Below are positions 30,312 through 41,194 of a DNA stretch of 64,000 bases, one piece after another (within the stretch, counting starts at the first letter, position 1; every line of letters begins with the position of its first letter). Source of the DNA: Thermodesulfobacteriota bacterium (lineage in GTDB: Bacteria > Desulfobacterota > Binatia > Bin18); contig OZ219926.1 of the NCBI GenBank assembly GCA_964291405.2, positions 672,001-736,000 on the forward strand. The letters are read 5' to 3'. Below the pieces are notes generated by a model that was not told the DNA's origin, ran no database searches, and saw nothing but the letters and a program-made list of their open reading frames with translations. The position numbers were made by a program, and so were the translations under genes.

Positions 30312-31262
30312 GTGTCGTCGGCCATGCTCATGTTGGGTGCATTCTTGGTCGAAGCCGTCTGCGGCTGGCCTGACTGGCTCTACCGCCGTATCCGTCACCC
30401 GGTGGTCTGGATCGGCAGCCTGATCTCCGCGCTCGAAGCAACGTTGAATCTGGACCATTTCACCCTCACCGTGCGCCGCGCGCTCGGGATGCTGACGGCG
30501 CTCGTTGTCGTTACCGTGGCCACGCTGGTCGCTTACCTGCTCGTTGTCCTCCTGCCAGAAACGCCGGTCGGTTTCGCTGTGGAAGTGGTAGCGGCTTCCA
30601 GCCTCCTGGCAGGTCGTAGTCTGTATTGCCACGTCCTGCGTGTCACCCAGCATCTGGAACACGGCGATCTGGAAGAGGCACGGCAGGCTGTCGGTCATAT
30701 TGTCAGCCGCGACCCCGCCGAACTCGACACCGGAGGCGTTGCGCGAGCGAATCTGGAGAGTCTGGCCGAGAACGCTTCCGACGGCGTTATCGCACCCCTC
30801 TTCTGGGGCAGCCTGCTCGGCTTGCCAGGACTAACAGCCTATAAGACCATCAATACGCTGGATTCCATGCTCGGCTACCGAACCGATCGTCTGTGGTCGT
30901 TCGGCGGCTTTGCCGCCCGGCTCGACGACGCGGCCAACCTCATTCCGGCTCGACTTACGGGCAGTCTCATTGTGCTGGCGAGTTTCAGACCCGCCGCCGT
31001 TCGCGTCATGCTCCGCGACGCCCGAAACCACCGCTCGCCCAATGCGGGCTGGCCGGAGAGCGCCATGGCCGGGGCGCTCGACATTCGGCTGGGTGGCCCG
31101 CGCGTGTATGCAGGTTCTGAGACGGTTGACCCCTGGTTGAATGCAACCGCCCCCGACCCCAGACCAAGTGACGCGCGGCGCGGGCTGCATCTCTACGTGC
31201 GGACCATGCTGCTGGCTGCGCTGCTACTGCTCGCCCTAGCGGTCGGGGGAACTCAGCCATGA
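30312..31262 (+). CDS. cbiB: Adenosylcobinamide-phosphate synthase
   Basis: HPVVWIG, IVSRD, ESLAENASDGVIAPLFW, YKTINTLDSM, HRSPNAGWPE. Start uncertain. Confidence 0.95.
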   Translation: MSSAMLMLGAFLVEAVCGWPDWLYRRIRHPVVWIGSLISALEATLNLDHFTLTVRRALGMLTALVVVTVATLVAYLLVVLLPETPVGFAVEVVAASSLLAGRSLYCHVLRVTQHLEHGDLEEARQAVGHIVSRDPAELDTGGVARANLESLAENASDGVIAPLFWGSLLGLPGLTAYKTINTLDSMLGYRTDRLWSFGGFAARLDDAANLIPARLTGSLIVLASFRPAAVRVMLRDARNHRSPNAGWPESAMAGALDIRLGGPRVYAGSETVDPWLNATAPDPRPSDARRGLHLYVRTMLLAALLLLALAVGGTQP

Positions 31263-32266
31263 GAATGGACGAGTGCGGCCACGGAGGGGCGCTTGACCTC
31301 ATGCGTGCCCGTTTCCCTCAGGCGCCAGAGCCCTGGATTGATCTGTCCACCGGAATCAACCCCTGGCCGTATCCGCTGGACAGTTCGCAGCCGGAGACCC
31401 TCCAGCGTTTACCGACCGCCACCGCAACAGCAACTTGTAGGAACGCAATGGCGGAGACATTTGGAGCGCCGGCCGAGTGCGTCTTGCCTATTCCAGGCAG
31501 CGAGTTGCTCATCCGTCTCCTGCCGACCCTGCTCCGGCCTCGGCGCGGGACACGGGTGGCCATTACGCGGCCGACCTTTGCCGACCATGCCAAGGTCTGG
31601 CGAGCAGCGGGATGTCGGGTCATCGAAACACCGGACCCCTTGGATGCCCTTGCCTCGACCGATTTCGTCGTCCTGTGTAACCCCAACAATCCAGACGGCC
31701 GTGTCTGGAACCCGGACCGGCTTGAGGCGGCGCGGACGGTACTGGCCGAAAGGGGCGGCTGGCTAATCGTTGATGAAGCCTATGCCGATGTCCGGCCGGA
31801 CCTGTCCATGGCAGCAGGCGGCGGGCGGGCGGGTCTCATCCTCCTGCGCTCGTTCGGCAAATTCTTCGGTCTGCCCGGACTCCGGCTTGGGGCACTGATG
31901 GCGCCGTGGGACACCCTGGAAACAGTCCGGCAGTGTCTGGGCGTCTGGAGCGTATCCGGCCCGGCACTAGCCGCGGGAGCACAGGCATACCGAGACCGCG
32001 GCTGGCAGCAGGACACCCGTCACCGGCTGGCAACGGCACGCGCGCGTCTGGATGCGGTTCTGAACGCGGCCGACCTGCGCGTGGTGGGCGGTGTAGAGCT
32101 CTTCCGCTTTGTTGAGGTAGACGCCGCCGGTAGTGTCTGGCACCACTTGGCCAAGTGCGGCATCTCCGTTCGCCGCTTTGACTGGAGCCGAAACCGGCTG
32201 CGTATCGGTCTACCGCCCGATGCAGATGCAGAAGCACGTCTCGCCCAGGCGCTGCTCGCCCGCTGA
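31259..32266 (+). CDS. cobD: Threonine-phosphate decarboxylase
   Basis: HGG, WIDLSTGINP, NPNNPDG, VDEAY, LRSFGKFFGLPGLRLG. Confidence 0.92.
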   Translation: MRMDECGHGGALDLMRARFPQAPEPWIDLSTGINPWPYPLDSSQPETLQRLPTATATATCRNAMAETFGAPAECVLPIPGSELLIRLLPTLLRPRRGTRVAITRPTFADHAKVWRAAGCRVIETPDPLDALASTDFVVLCNPNNPDGRVWNPDRLEAARTVLAERGGWLIVDEAYADVRPDLSMAAGGGRAGLILLRSFGKFFGLPGLRLGALMAPWDTLETVRQCLGVWSVSGPALAAGAQAYRDRGWQQDTRHRLATARARLDAVLNAADLRVVGGVELFRFVEVDAAGSVWHHLAKCGISVRRFDWSRNRLRIGLPPDADAEARLAQALLAR

Positions 32267-32329
32267 CCTTTCGAGAGTATCTCCGGGTCGGGCGCGATTT
32301 TGCAGTCGGAGTTCCGTCCGGCCCGCGAT

Positions 32330-34375
32330 TCAGAACTCCGCCCGGAAGCCGGTCATGAAAGTCGTCTCCGCGGACGAGAAGTACAGGACTTCCTGATAGT
32401 CGGCATCAAACAGATTCATCACCTTTCCCTCCAGGGTCAGAGCCCGGATACCCCAGCGGTCCTCGAACAGCAGATAGGACAGGGCCACGTCCGCCCGCTC
32501 GTAGCCGTCATGGAGGGTGCCACGCCGTTCGGTGACATTGCCCTTGATATACAGATGAAAGTTGGCGTTCAGGCGCTCGCCGGCGTAGTTCAGGGTGAAG
32601 GAAGCCACGTGCTTAGGCCGTCGAACCAGGGGTCCGCCCTGCCTGAAGGACCCGAACCCGTCGTTTCCGGCGTTCGCGAGCACCTTGGTTTCCAGATAGG
32701 TATACGAGCCCCGTATCGAGAATCCATAGGGTAAGATGGCGGATGTCCCGACTTCAAGCCCGCGACTCCGGGCGCGGTGAACGTTCACATAGTTCGGTGC
32801 TGGTGCAGGCGCGAAGGTATACGCGATCAGATTTTTGTATTCGGTCGAAAAATACGTCAGGCTCACCTGGGTGTCGAACATGCCTAGGGCGAAGGGCTGG
32901 TCAATGCCGATTTCCCAACTCTTGGACTGCTCCGCCTCCAGGTCGGAATTTCCTCGGGAAAATGCGGTGTCGATGTTCTGGGAAAAACTGGCCGCCTTGA
33001 TGCCCTGGCTGTAGCCGCCCCGCAGTTTGGTGTCCAGACCGGGGAGGATCAGGGCGGCCGAGACCCGCGGGCTGACGTGCGTCCCATACGTGACCGCGTC
33101 ATCCAAGCGGAACCCGGACGTCAAGAACATCGTCTCCTGCCACGCCAAATGCAGTTGAGAGTAGAATGCCTGGGCGTTCCGACTCCCGCTGGGCCCGTTC
33201 TGTTGATTGTAGTGCTCGTCTTCGACATAGCCCCCAAGGGTAAAGGTCGGCACAACGCCGAGCATGACTGGCAGGAAAAAATCGGAGGAGTAGTCGGCAG
33301 ACAACCGGTACTCCCTATTGATGGTGAGGGAGCCCATACCGTCACAGTCGTTCCAGGTCGCAGTGTCGTCGTCTCGGCAATCGACCCCGCCGTCTTCCGG
33401 GTCACGATAGGTGAACCATTCGTACAGCAGCCCCAGTTGGAGATTATGTCTCCACCACGAGGTAGGCTGATAGGTAGCCCGCGGGCCGAGAATGAGACGA
33501 CGGTTGTCACTGGTCCCCCGTGGGTCCAGTCCGTTCCCCTGCCGGTCGAGGATATCGCCGCTGTTGGTGGCCACATGAAAGCGGCTGTCAATATAGCGGA
33601 GGGTGGTCGTGAGTTGCAGATCGTTACTGGGGTCAAGGTCAAAGCGGGAGGCGACGGTCGTGCTGCTATAGTCGTTATTGATCGGTAGGATACCTCCGCT
33701 ATCAATCCGTCCTACGGCCACGTTATAGCCATACAGCTCTGTCCCACCGGAAATGCTGAGACTTTCCTCAAAGGTATCGGGGTTGCCGGCACGGAAGCTC
33801 AGGGTTCCGCGGGCCGGTCCCTGTCCGCGCGGTGTCAAGAGTTGGATGACCGTACTCATGGCATCAGAGCCGTACAGAGCGCTCTGCGGGCCGCGCACTA
33901 CCTCAATGCGGCCTATACCCAGGGTCGTCATATCGCCGAACTTGAAGCTGCCACCCGCCCGGTTGACCTTCACCCCGTCGATCAGGATCATATTATGGTC
34001 CGACTCACCGCCACGCGTAAAAAGCGAAGTCCTCGCACCGCGACTACCGGTCTGGCTGAAGGAGAAACCCGGCACCTCGCGCAACTGGTCGAACAGGTCG
34101 GTTGTCTGACGCCGCGCAATGTCTTCCTGCGTCACGACCGTTACCGCATTTGATACCCGTGAAAGTGGCTCTTCAAACTTTGACGCCGTGACAATGATGG
34201 GGTCCAGCGCGGTGGTTGGTACGGGTTGCTGGGCCGCGTGCGTCTCATCGGCCGGAGCAACCGTGGGAGATGACATCGAAGGAGACTGGGCCTGGGCCGA
34301 CATGGATGGACCACCGCCGCCCCAGATCAAGAGCGATACGGCAAGAACGAATATCGAATATGCGGACTTTCCCAT
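32330..34375 (-). CDS. btuB: TonB-dependent receptor, probable corrinoid receptor (BtuB-like)
   Basis: TonB box DPIIVTAS, plug LIDGV..IEVVRGPQSALYGSDA, C-terminal Phe; preceded by a cobalamin riboswitch. Confidence 0.85.
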   Translation of the reverse strand: MGKSAYSIFVLAVSLLIWGGGGPSMSAQAQSPSMSSPTVAPADETHAAQQPVPTTALDPIIVTASKFEEPLSRVSNAVTVVTQEDIARRQTTDLFDQLREVPGFSFSQTGSRGARTSLFTRGGESDHNMILIDGVKVNRAGGSFKFGDMTTLGIGRIEVVRGPQSALYGSDAMSTVIQLLTPRGQGPARGTLSFRAGNPDTFEESLSISGGTELYGYNVAVGRIDSGGILPINNDYSSTTVASRFDLDPSNDLQLTTTLRYIDSRFHVATNSGDILDRQGNGLDPRGTSDNRRLILGPRATYQPTSWWRHNLQLGLLYEWFTYRDPEDGGVDCRDDDTATWNDCDGMGSLTINREYRLSADYSSDFFLPVMLGVVPTFTLGGYVEDEHYNQQNGPSGSRNAQAFYSQLHLAWQETMFLTSGFRLDDAVTYGTHVSPRVSAALILPGLDTKLRGGYSQGIKAASFSQNIDTAFSRGNSDLEAEQSKSWEIGIDQPFALGMFDTQVSLTYFSTEYKNLIAYTFAPAPAPNYVNVHRARSRGLEVGTSAILPYGFSIRGSYTYLETKVLANAGNDGFGSFRQGGPLVRRPKHVASFTLNYAGERLNANFHLYIKGNVTERRGTLHDGYERADVALSYLLFEDRWGIRALTLEGKVMNLFDADYQEVLYFSSAETTFMTGFRAEF

Positions 34376-34524
34376 CTTCCCTCCTCGGGGAAGCCTTTCC
34401 CTGGTAGAGAAGAGAAGCGGGTATGTTGGGAGCTACTGAAAACCATCCAGAGCGGGTGGGCAGCAACCCGCGTATCCAGAATGGTAACACGCTGTAACCC
34501 TTCTCCCTCCGCGGAGAGGCCGGT

Positions 34525-34715
34525 TCACGGCTTCAGGCAGGTTTCCTGGCTTAGGGGTTCAGGGGTTTCCCCCCAATGCCTGCCAACGGCCTTCCCACCG
34601 GCTTGCACCAGCAGTGGCGTCATCGAGACAGGCTCCCCCATCACAGTGGCGGGACCGCGCCGGCTTTGCACCGACTTCCCTTATTTCACCCGGTATGGGC
34701 ACCTCAAGCACGGTT
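34525..34715 (-). promoter_or_regulatory. Cobalamin riboswitch
   Basis: Minus strand reads GGTGC..AAGGGAAGTCGGTGCAAAGCCGGCGCGGTCCCGCCACTGT..GCCACTG..GGGAAGG..AGCCAGGAAACCTGCC (B12 box). Confidence 0.95.
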
Positions 34716-34785
34716 CAGGCCAGTTGGTATAGGAGGGTCTGTATATTGTCAAGCACAACACCGGCAAACGCGGTGTCGCAATGGC

Positions 34786-36156
34786 TCATGCGGAAGCCAG
34801 CCGGACGAGTTGCTGAGCAAAGGTCGGATTGCTACCAAAGTGCAGATGGATATAACTCGCCAGGCAGCGCTTATACACATGACCCTCGGGTCGAGTCGCC
34901 TCCGCTGCACGCTGGCGGACCTGATACAGCGTCCGAGTCTGCTTGACGGGAAGGTCCGGCACCAATTCCGAGTAGTGGAATTCGTGACCACGGACCCGCA
35001 GGGCGGGGAACAGACCATTGGTCGGCGGAATAGTCACCTCTGCGTATCCCAGCGCGCTCAGGCGCGACTGCATGCGTACAACGGTGGGATAGACGCCAAC
35101 CATAGGAAAGTCGTGTCCCTCAACGTCCCGAATGCCTTGGGTCAGATACATGAACCCGCCACACTCGGCATACACCGTTTTCCCGTCTTGAATAAAGTCT
35201 TTCATCTCCTGACGCATAGTCGTGTTGGCGGCTAATGTCTGGGCGTGGACTTCAGGATAGCCACCCCCCAGGTAGAGACCGTGCAGGTCCGGGGGGAGAT
35301 GCGTATCGTGCAACGGACTAAAAAAAACGAGGGTAGCGCCTGCGTGTTCCAGGAGTTCCAGATTGTCGGGATAGTAAAAACAGAAGGCTTCGTCCCGGGC
35401 GATACCAAAGCGCACAGGAGAGGCCGGTGACACCCTAGCGGGCTGGGGCTGGGGGTTGGGGGTTGGGGGTTGGGGAAAGGTACTCAGCTGAAGGAGTGAG
35501 GACAGGTCGAGGTGGTCTTCTATCACTCCGGCCAAGTGATTGATCTGTCCGGCAGACACTGGCCGCTCTTCTCTGGTGACCAGTCCCAAGTGGCGTTCGG
35601 GCAGGGTGATGGTCTCGTCGGATGGAAGTCCGCCGAGTATGGTAATATTGGGAACATCACGGACGGCTTCTTCGAGATAGCGCAGATGCCCTGGCCCGCC
35701 TACCTTGTTAAAGATCACACCAGCGACATTCAGCTCCGGATCGAAATACTGAAATCCGTGAATGACGGCTGCAACACTGCGCGCCATGGCTGAGGCATCA
35801 ATCACCAGGAAAACTGGCAGCCCCAGCCATTTTGCTATTTCTGCTGTACTACCTGCTTCGCTCTTGCCGTCATAGCCGTCAAAGAGGCCCATCATTCCTT
35901 CCACAATGCCCACATCGTGGCCGTACAGACTACGGTTGAACACGGCGGTGTTGTACGCTCGTGACAACATCCAGCCATCCAGGTTTCTGGATGGAACCCC
36001 GGTGACCGCAGTGTGGAGCCCTGGGTCAATAAAGTCCGGACCTATCTTAAAAGGCTGGACGGACAAGCCGCGTTTTCGGAAAGCGGCCAGCAAGCCCAGG
36101 GTCAGCGTGGTTTTCCCAACACCGCTCTGCGTACCGGCAATAACGAATCCGTGCAC
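34786..36156 (-). CDS. cbiA: Cobyrinate a,c-diamide synthase
   Basis: IAGTQSGVGKTT, FKIGPDFIDP, EGMMGLFDG, ERHLGL, GGGYPE, AECGG, GHEFHYS. Confidence 0.95.
   Translation of the reverse strand: MHGFVIAGTQSGVGKTTLTLGLLAAFRKRGLSVQPFKIGPDFIDPGLHTAVTGVPSRNLDGWMLSRAYNTAVFNRSLYGHDVGIVEGMMGLFDGYDGKSEAGSTAEIAKWLGLPVFLVIDASAMARSVAAVIHGFQYFDPELNVAGVIFNKVGGPGHLRYLEEAVRDVPNITILGGLPSDETITLPERHLGLVTREERPVSAGQINHLAGVIEDHLDLSSLLQLSTFPQPPTPNPQPQPARVSPASPVRFGIARDEAFCFYYPDNLELLEHAGATLVFFSPLHDTHLPPDLHGLYLGGGYPEVHAQTLAANTTMRQEMKDFIQDGKTVYAECGGFMYLTQGIRDVEGHDFPMVGVYPTVVRMQSRLSALGYAEVTIPPTNGLFPALRVRGHEFHYSELVPDLPVKQTRTLYQVRQRAAEATRPEGHVYKRCLASYIHLHFGSNPTFAQQLVRLASA
35451..35471. repeat. (GGGGGTT)x3 heptamer tandem repeat inside cbiA
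   Basis: Three exact copies (21 nt, frame-preserving) within the PQPPTPNPQPQP inter-domain linker. Confidence 0.75.
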
Positions 36157-36204
36157 CAATCCTCCTTATCCGTGCATCATAGGCCATTACCTTGCAATCT
36201 GTGA

Positions 36205-36657
36205 ATGTCCTCGGCATCATGGCCCCCCATGGCTTTACAAGACCCCCCTCCCCTGGGCTCGGTTGAAGGGCAAAAGGCCGGCGTTGTGGCGTATCGGCAA
36301 GAGCCGGACGGAACATATGCCATCCTGATCATTACCGCCCGGCGGCAGCGCGATGCCTGGATCTTCCCGGTCGGAACGGTTGATCCGGGCGAGACGCTGC
36401 AGCAAGCCGCAGCTCGCGAATGTATGGAGGAGAGTGGCTATACGGTTCGAACCGGGCCGCTGCTGAAAGCTCTCGATCTCACACATAAAAACGGTCTCCG
36501 CCGTTTTTCGTTTTTTGCTGCCCAGGTGACGGGCGAGGTGGACGAGTACGAAACTGATCGGCGTCGACGTTGGGTGCCGCTGGCCCAACTCGTCGATACC
36601 GTCAGCGAGGCGTTTGCTCCGGTCGCGCGGGCGGCGCTGGTCTATCTGTCCACTTAG
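36205..36657 (+). CDS. NUDIX hydrolase
   Basis: Nudix box GTVDPGETLQQAAARECMEESG. Start may be 36229. Confidence 0.85.
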   Translation: MSSASWPPMALQDPPPLGSVEGQKAGVVAYRQEPDGTYAILIITARRQRDAWIFPVGTVDPGETLQQAAARECMEESGYTVRTGPLLKALDLTHKNGLRRFSFFAAQVTGEVDEYETDRRRRWVPLAQLVDTVSEAFAPVARAALVYLST

Positions 36658-36676
36658 CTTACCAGATGCAACCGCC

Positions 36677-38173
36677 ATGAGCGCACGGGCTCTCATGATT
36701 CAGGGAACCGGCTCCGACGTCGGAAAGTCTGTCGTGGTCGCGGGGTTGTGCCGCCTGGCCAAGCAACGAGGCTGGAAGGTCGCTCCGTTCAAGCCACAAA
36801 ATATGTCGAATAACGCAGCCGCGTGTGCGGCTGGCGGGGAGATTGGCCGGGCGCAGGCTCTACAGGCTCGCGCTGCCGGGCTCGAACCGCACCCGGATTT
36901 CAATCCCGTGTTGTTGAAGCCACAGACTGACCGCGGGGCGCAGATCGTCGTCCACGGCAAACCGGTCGGCCTGCTGAACGCCGCGGACTATACCACCGGA
37001 CGCGCCCGTCTGATGACTGCCGTCATGCAGAGTTTCCAGCGTCTCGTCGCCGCCCATGACCTGGTTATCGTCGAAGGGGCCGGCAGTCCAGCCGAGGTCA
37101 ACCTGCGAACCGGTGATATTGCAAATATGGGGTTCGCGCTCGCCGCAGGGGTGCCTGTCTGCCTCGTCGGCGATATTGACCGTGGAGGTGTCATCGCCGC
37201 CCTAGTTGGGACCCAGAGTGTGTTGGACCCCGAAGACAGCGCGATGATCGTCGGGTTTCTGATCAACAAATTTCGAGGTGACCCAACTCTATTTACAGAG
37301 GGAGTCTCGGTAATTGAGCGACGCACTGGCTGGACGTGCTTTGGCGTGGTCCCGTGGATGCCGGCAGCGACGCGCCTGCCCGCGGAAGACGCGGTGTCGC
37401 TCTCACTCGGGCACAGCGAGCGCACCGATTGTATCCGGATTGCAGCACCCCTGCTGTCCCGCCTGGCCAACTTCGACGACGCCGATCCGCTCCGGTTTGA
37501 ACCGAACGTGGATTTCATTTTTGTGCCACCCGGTCATCCGATTCCGCGTGACGTGGACGTCGTGATCCTCTTTGGCACCAAATCGACCAACGGTGACCTG
37601 GACTTCCTGCGCGCCCAGGGCTGGGACCACGACGTGATAGCGCACGCCAGAGCCGGCGGCCGCGTATTGGGCGTGTGCGGCGGCTTCCAGATGTTGGGCC
37701 GTCACATTCACGACCCATCGGGTGCGGACGGTCCGATCGGGTCGCGCCCTGGGCTTGGCCTTCTCGAACTCGAGACGACCATGGCTGGTGAAAAAACCGT
37801 TCGCCCGGCACGTGGGCACTGCACCCTGAGTGGTGCATCTGTCGCGGGCTATGAAATTCACACTGGTCAATCAGACGGTCGCGCCCTTACCCGGCCCATG
37901 TTTCAACTCGAAACCGGCCCGGACGGCGCGCGCAGCCAAGACGGGCTGATCGAGGGTACGTATCTGCACGGGCTGTTCGGGAACGATGCGTATCGACGCG
38001 CCTGGCTCGGACGCATCCGCGACACCGGGACTGCGACTCTACAATACGAGGCCAGCGTCGAGGCGGCCCTGGACGACGTAGCCGCTACGCTGGCCGATAC
38101 TGTGGATACGGATGCGCTGTTCTCTACGGCGCGGCAACCCATCCCAGCAACGCCGGCGGCTCAGATGCCGTAG
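36677..38173 (+). CDS. cobQ: Cobyric acid synthase
   Basis: MIQGTGSDVGKS, PFKPQNMSNN, EGAGSPAEVNL, GVCGGFQMLG, GYEIH, GTYLHGLF. Confidence 0.96.
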   Translation: MSARALMIQGTGSDVGKSVVVAGLCRLAKQRGWKVAPFKPQNMSNNAAACAAGGEIGRAQALQARAAGLEPHPDFNPVLLKPQTDRGAQIVVHGKPVGLLNAADYTTGRARLMTAVMQSFQRLVAAHDLVIVEGAGSPAEVNLRTGDIANMGFALAAGVPVCLVGDIDRGGVIAALVGTQSVLDPEDSAMIVGFLINKFRGDPTLFTEGVSVIERRTGWTCFGVVPWMPAATRLPAEDAVSLSLGHSERTDCIRIAAPLLSRLANFDDADPLRFEPNVDFIFVPPGHPIPRDVDVVILFGTKSTNGDLDFLRAQGWDHDVIAHARAGGRVLGVCGGFQMLGRHIHDPSGADGPIGSRPGLGLLELETTMAGEKTVRPARGHCTLSGASVAGYEIHTGQSDGRALTRPMFQLETGPDGARSQDGLIEGTYLHGLFGNDAYRRAWLGRIRDTGTATLQYEASVEAALDDVAATLADTVDTDALFSTARQPIPATPAAQMP

Positions 38174-39294
38174 ACCTGGGCGACGCTATCCCCGAGCAGA
38201 TTATTGCGCGCGGTCTCTGACAGCGGCGCGACCAGCTCCTCTAACTCTTCCATATAGTTTCCGGGATGATCGAAGTGAGGGTAATCGGTCGCCCAGAAGA
38301 AACGATCGTTACCCACATACTCAATGATATGCGCCAGCGCCCGCTCGTCCGGGTCCCCGGAAATCCAGCACTGGCGCTTAAAATAGACGCTCGGTTTTTC
38401 CTTGAGCGGCACATTATAACCGAGGCTGGTTTCATACGTCGCATCCATCCGGTCCAGGGCCGCGCCTATCCACCCCGCGCCAGACTCAAGCAGCACGACT
38501 TTGATCTGGGGAAAGCGATCAAACAGCCCCCATTGAAACAGGCCGTAGAGCGCCTGCTGTGGCCCCTGCATACCGAGCGTGATTTGCATCCAGCGCGCGC
38601 GCTTCATACCATCAAAACGCTGATAGGTCCGAATCTTGGGATGCTCGGTCATAGGATGAATGGCAACCGGCACCCCGAGTTCTTGGGCTTTTGCCCAAAA
38701 GATATCGTGATCAGGATGGGCATGCGGGATGCGGGTGAGCGTATAGGGGGCGAGAAAGGCGCCCTTGGCTCCTGCGCGCACGGAGCGTTCGAGTTCGGCC
38801 GCAGCCGCGGTCGGGTCGGCCAGCGAAATATGGGCAGTGGCAATCAAGCGGCCGTCCGAGTCAGAACAGAAGTCACAGATCCAGCGGTTGTACGCTTTGG
38901 CATAGGCCAGGGACAGATCGACGTCATCGATCTCACACTCCCACATTAAACCCAGGCTGGGGTAGAGAATGGCTTTGGCAATGCCTTCTCGATCCAGTAG
39001 GGCTACCCGCTCCTGGGGGTCCATGGAGCCAAAGGGAGCGCTGCCGGGATAGGACTGCTTCATCATCTGTCCGATCTCTTTGGCCCCCTTCCCCATGCCA
39101 CCAAGGACCGTCAGGATGTGTACGTCATAAAAGCGAGACGGCATACCGTTCATTTCCAGGATGTCCCGTCCCTCAAGCGTCCGAATGCGGAGCGCCCGGT
39201 CCCGATAGGCAGGATCGATATACCGCTCCCAGGTGTCTGCCGGCTCAAGGATGTGGCCGTCCGCGTCGATGATGTTGTCATAGTCGAGCGCCAT
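38161..39294 (-). CDS. Amidohydrolase_2 family protein
   Basis: IDADGHILEP, VAIH, LESGAGW, WATDYPHFD. Confidence 0.9.
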   Translation of the reverse strand: MALDYDNIIDADGHILEPADTWERYIDPAYRDRALRIRTLEGRDILEMNGMPSRFYDVHILTVLGGMGKGAKEIGQMMKQSYPGSAPFGSMDPQERVALLDREGIAKAILYPSLGLMWECEIDDVDLSLAYAKAYNRWICDFCSDSDGRLIATAHISLADPTAAAAELERSVRAGAKGAFLAPYTLTRIPHAHPDHDIFWAKAQELGVPVAIHPMTEHPKIRTYQRFDGMKRARWMQITLGMQGPQQALYGLFQWGLFDRFPQIKVVLLESGAGWIGAALDRMDATYETSLGYNVPLKEKPSVYFKRQCWISGDPDERALAHIIEYVGNDRFFWATDYPHFDHPGNYMEELEELVAPLSETARNNLLGDSVAQVYGI

Positions 39295-39442
39295 TTCACT
39301 CTCTCTCCCTGTTCCGTTTCTCTTCCAGCCCGTCTTCCAGATTGGAATGTCCCGCCTGCGGCGTATGAGACACCATATGGTCTTGGACTTTTGTCATACC
39401 AACTTCCAGCCGGTCCATCTACTCAGCCTGCTGCCTGACATG

Positions 39443-40297
39443 TCAACCGTGATGATCAATCCGTGAGTCCGCTCTTATCTTGACACCCAGGACATAGGCA
39501 TCCCGTTTGGTGATCTGGCACACCTCGCTCACCACGCGCGCGGCCTCTTTCACGCCGACCCCGTCCGCCAAGAGTTGCCGCATCAGTTCGGCTGCGGATT
39601 GTGCTGGAGCGTCCCCATCTTTCCCGTCCCAGCCCTCGACCACGAGTGCGACTTCACCCTTGACCGACCGGTTGTGGAACGCGATGCAAACCGTGCTGAT
39701 GGGTCCACGCAGGATTTCCTCGAACTGCTTGGTCAGCTCCCGGCCAACCACGACGCGACGATCCCCGAAAATATGCGCAAGGTCAGCCAGAGTGCTCAAC
39801 AGACGGTGTGGAGACTCGTAAAAAATGAGAGGCCGCTTCTCGTGGCAGAGCTCCCGCAACGCTCTTTGGCGCTGCCCTTTCTTTGCCGGCAAAAACCCTT
39901 CAAAAACGAAACGATCGGTTGGCAAACCGCCTACACTCATCAACGTGGTCAGCATGGATGGACCGGGAATGGGCACGACCGGGATGTCGGCCTCAGCGGC
40001 ACCCTTGACCAAACGATAGCCAGGGTCGGAGATGCACGGGGTACCGGCATCACTGACCAGAGCGATGTTCTTGCCCGCCAGCAAGGTTTCAATGAGTACG
40101 GGAGCTTTGGTTGATTCGCTGTGATCGTGATAACTCGTCAGCGGAGTCGGAATGTCATAATGTGTCAGGAGCTTGCGGGTATGGCGGGTGTCTTCTGCCG
40201 CGATCAGGTCAACTTCCTTGAGGATACGCAACGCCCGGAGGGTGATGTCCTCTAAGTTGCCTATGGGCGTGGCGACAATGTAGAGCGTGCCGGCCAC
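39443..40297 (-). CDS. rsmI: 16S rRNA (cytidine(1402)-2'-O)-methyltransferase
   Basis: LYIVATPIGNLEDIT, AAEDTR, SDAGTPCISDPG, YESPHR, RELTK. Confidence 0.96.
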   Translation of the reverse strand: MAGTLYIVATPIGNLEDITLRALRILKEVDLIAAEDTRHTRKLLTHYDIPTPLTSYHDHSESTKAPVLIETLLAGKNIALVSDAGTPCISDPGYRLVKGAAEADIPVVPIPGPSMLTTLMSVGGLPTDRFVFEGFLPAKKGQRQRALRELCHEKRPLIFYESPHRLLSTLADLAHIFGDRRVVVGRELTKQFEEILRGPISTVCIAFHNRSVKGEVALVVEGWDGKDGDAPAQSAAELMRQLLADGVGVKEAARVVSEVCQITKRDAYVLGVKIRADSRIDHHG

Positions 40298-40298
40298 G

Positions 40299-41120
40299 TC
40301 ACCGGCCCCAGTCGCGGGCATACCGAAAATCACGATCAATCGTGCGCTGAGAGACCTTGGCAATGACCGGAAGGCGGCGCTTGTACTGCGAGTTCATGAT
40401 CCGGCGCGCAATCTGATCGATAAAGTCGGCATGAAACCCCTCGGCGCGCAATTCCTCACGAGAGTAGCGTTGGTCGACCAGGAGATATAATAACTCATCA
40501 ACCTCCTGATACGAAAATCCCAGTTCCTGCTCATCGGTCTGCCCCGCCCACAGATCTGCGGAGGGCTGTTTGGTCACAACGGCCTCTGGCACGCCTACAC
40601 AATCGGACAAGGCCCAGACCTGGGTCTTATACAAATCGCCCAAGGGATTAATGGCTGAGGCCATATCGCCAAAGAGTGTCCCATAGCCCAGCAGCAGTTC
40701 AGTTTTATTACTCGTACCCAGCACAAGCGCATTCCAGCGGGCCGAGTGGTCATACAGAATAGTCATACGCTCGCGGGCCATTTTATTGCCACGGCGCATA
40801 TTGTCGGCGTCGGGGAATTTGGCGAAATACGCGTCCACCTGGGCTGAAATATCAACCGTGATCGACGCTATCCCAGTTGCGGCAATCACCAGGTCGGCGT
40901 GCTCGATACTCTCTTTACTCGACGTTTTATACGGCATTTTTACGGCCAGCACATTGTCGGGCCCCAAGGCCGCAGCCGCCAGACACGTGCTCAGGGCAGA
41001 GTCCACCCCACCCGAGAGACCCACAACCACCCGTGTGAGGCCGACTTTATGGACTTCGTTGACAATGAATGCAGACAAGACGTGCCGGAGGAGTTCCGGA
41101 TTGGTTGGAATACGACTCAT
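40299..41120 (-). CDS. nadE: NH3-dependent NAD+ synthetase
   Basis: [38 protein letters not shown]. Confidence 0.95.
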   Translation of the reverse strand: MSRIPTNPELLRHVLSAFIVNEVHKVGLTRVVVGLSGGVDSALSTCLAAAALGPDNVLAVKMPYKTSSKESIEHADLVIAATGIASITVDISAQVDAYFAKFPDADNMRRGNKMARERMTILYDHSARWNALVLGTSNKTELLLGYGTLFGDMASAINPLGDLYKTQVWALSDCVGVPEAVVTKQPSADLWAGQTDEQELGFSYQEVDELLYLLVDQRYSREELRAEGFHADFIDQIARRIMNSQYKRRLPVIAKVSQRTIDRDFRYARDWGR

Positions 41121-41194
41121 GCTCACCCGTCTTTTGTCACTCGCGTCGTGGCCGGAGGCACACAGGGCAGTCGTCCCTCTCAGGGAGCGCGTCC

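Noticed and set aside
34481-35235. Plus-strand ORFs over the riboswitch and the cbiA 3' end
   Set aside because: Explained by the cobalamin riboswitch and cbiA on the opposite strand.
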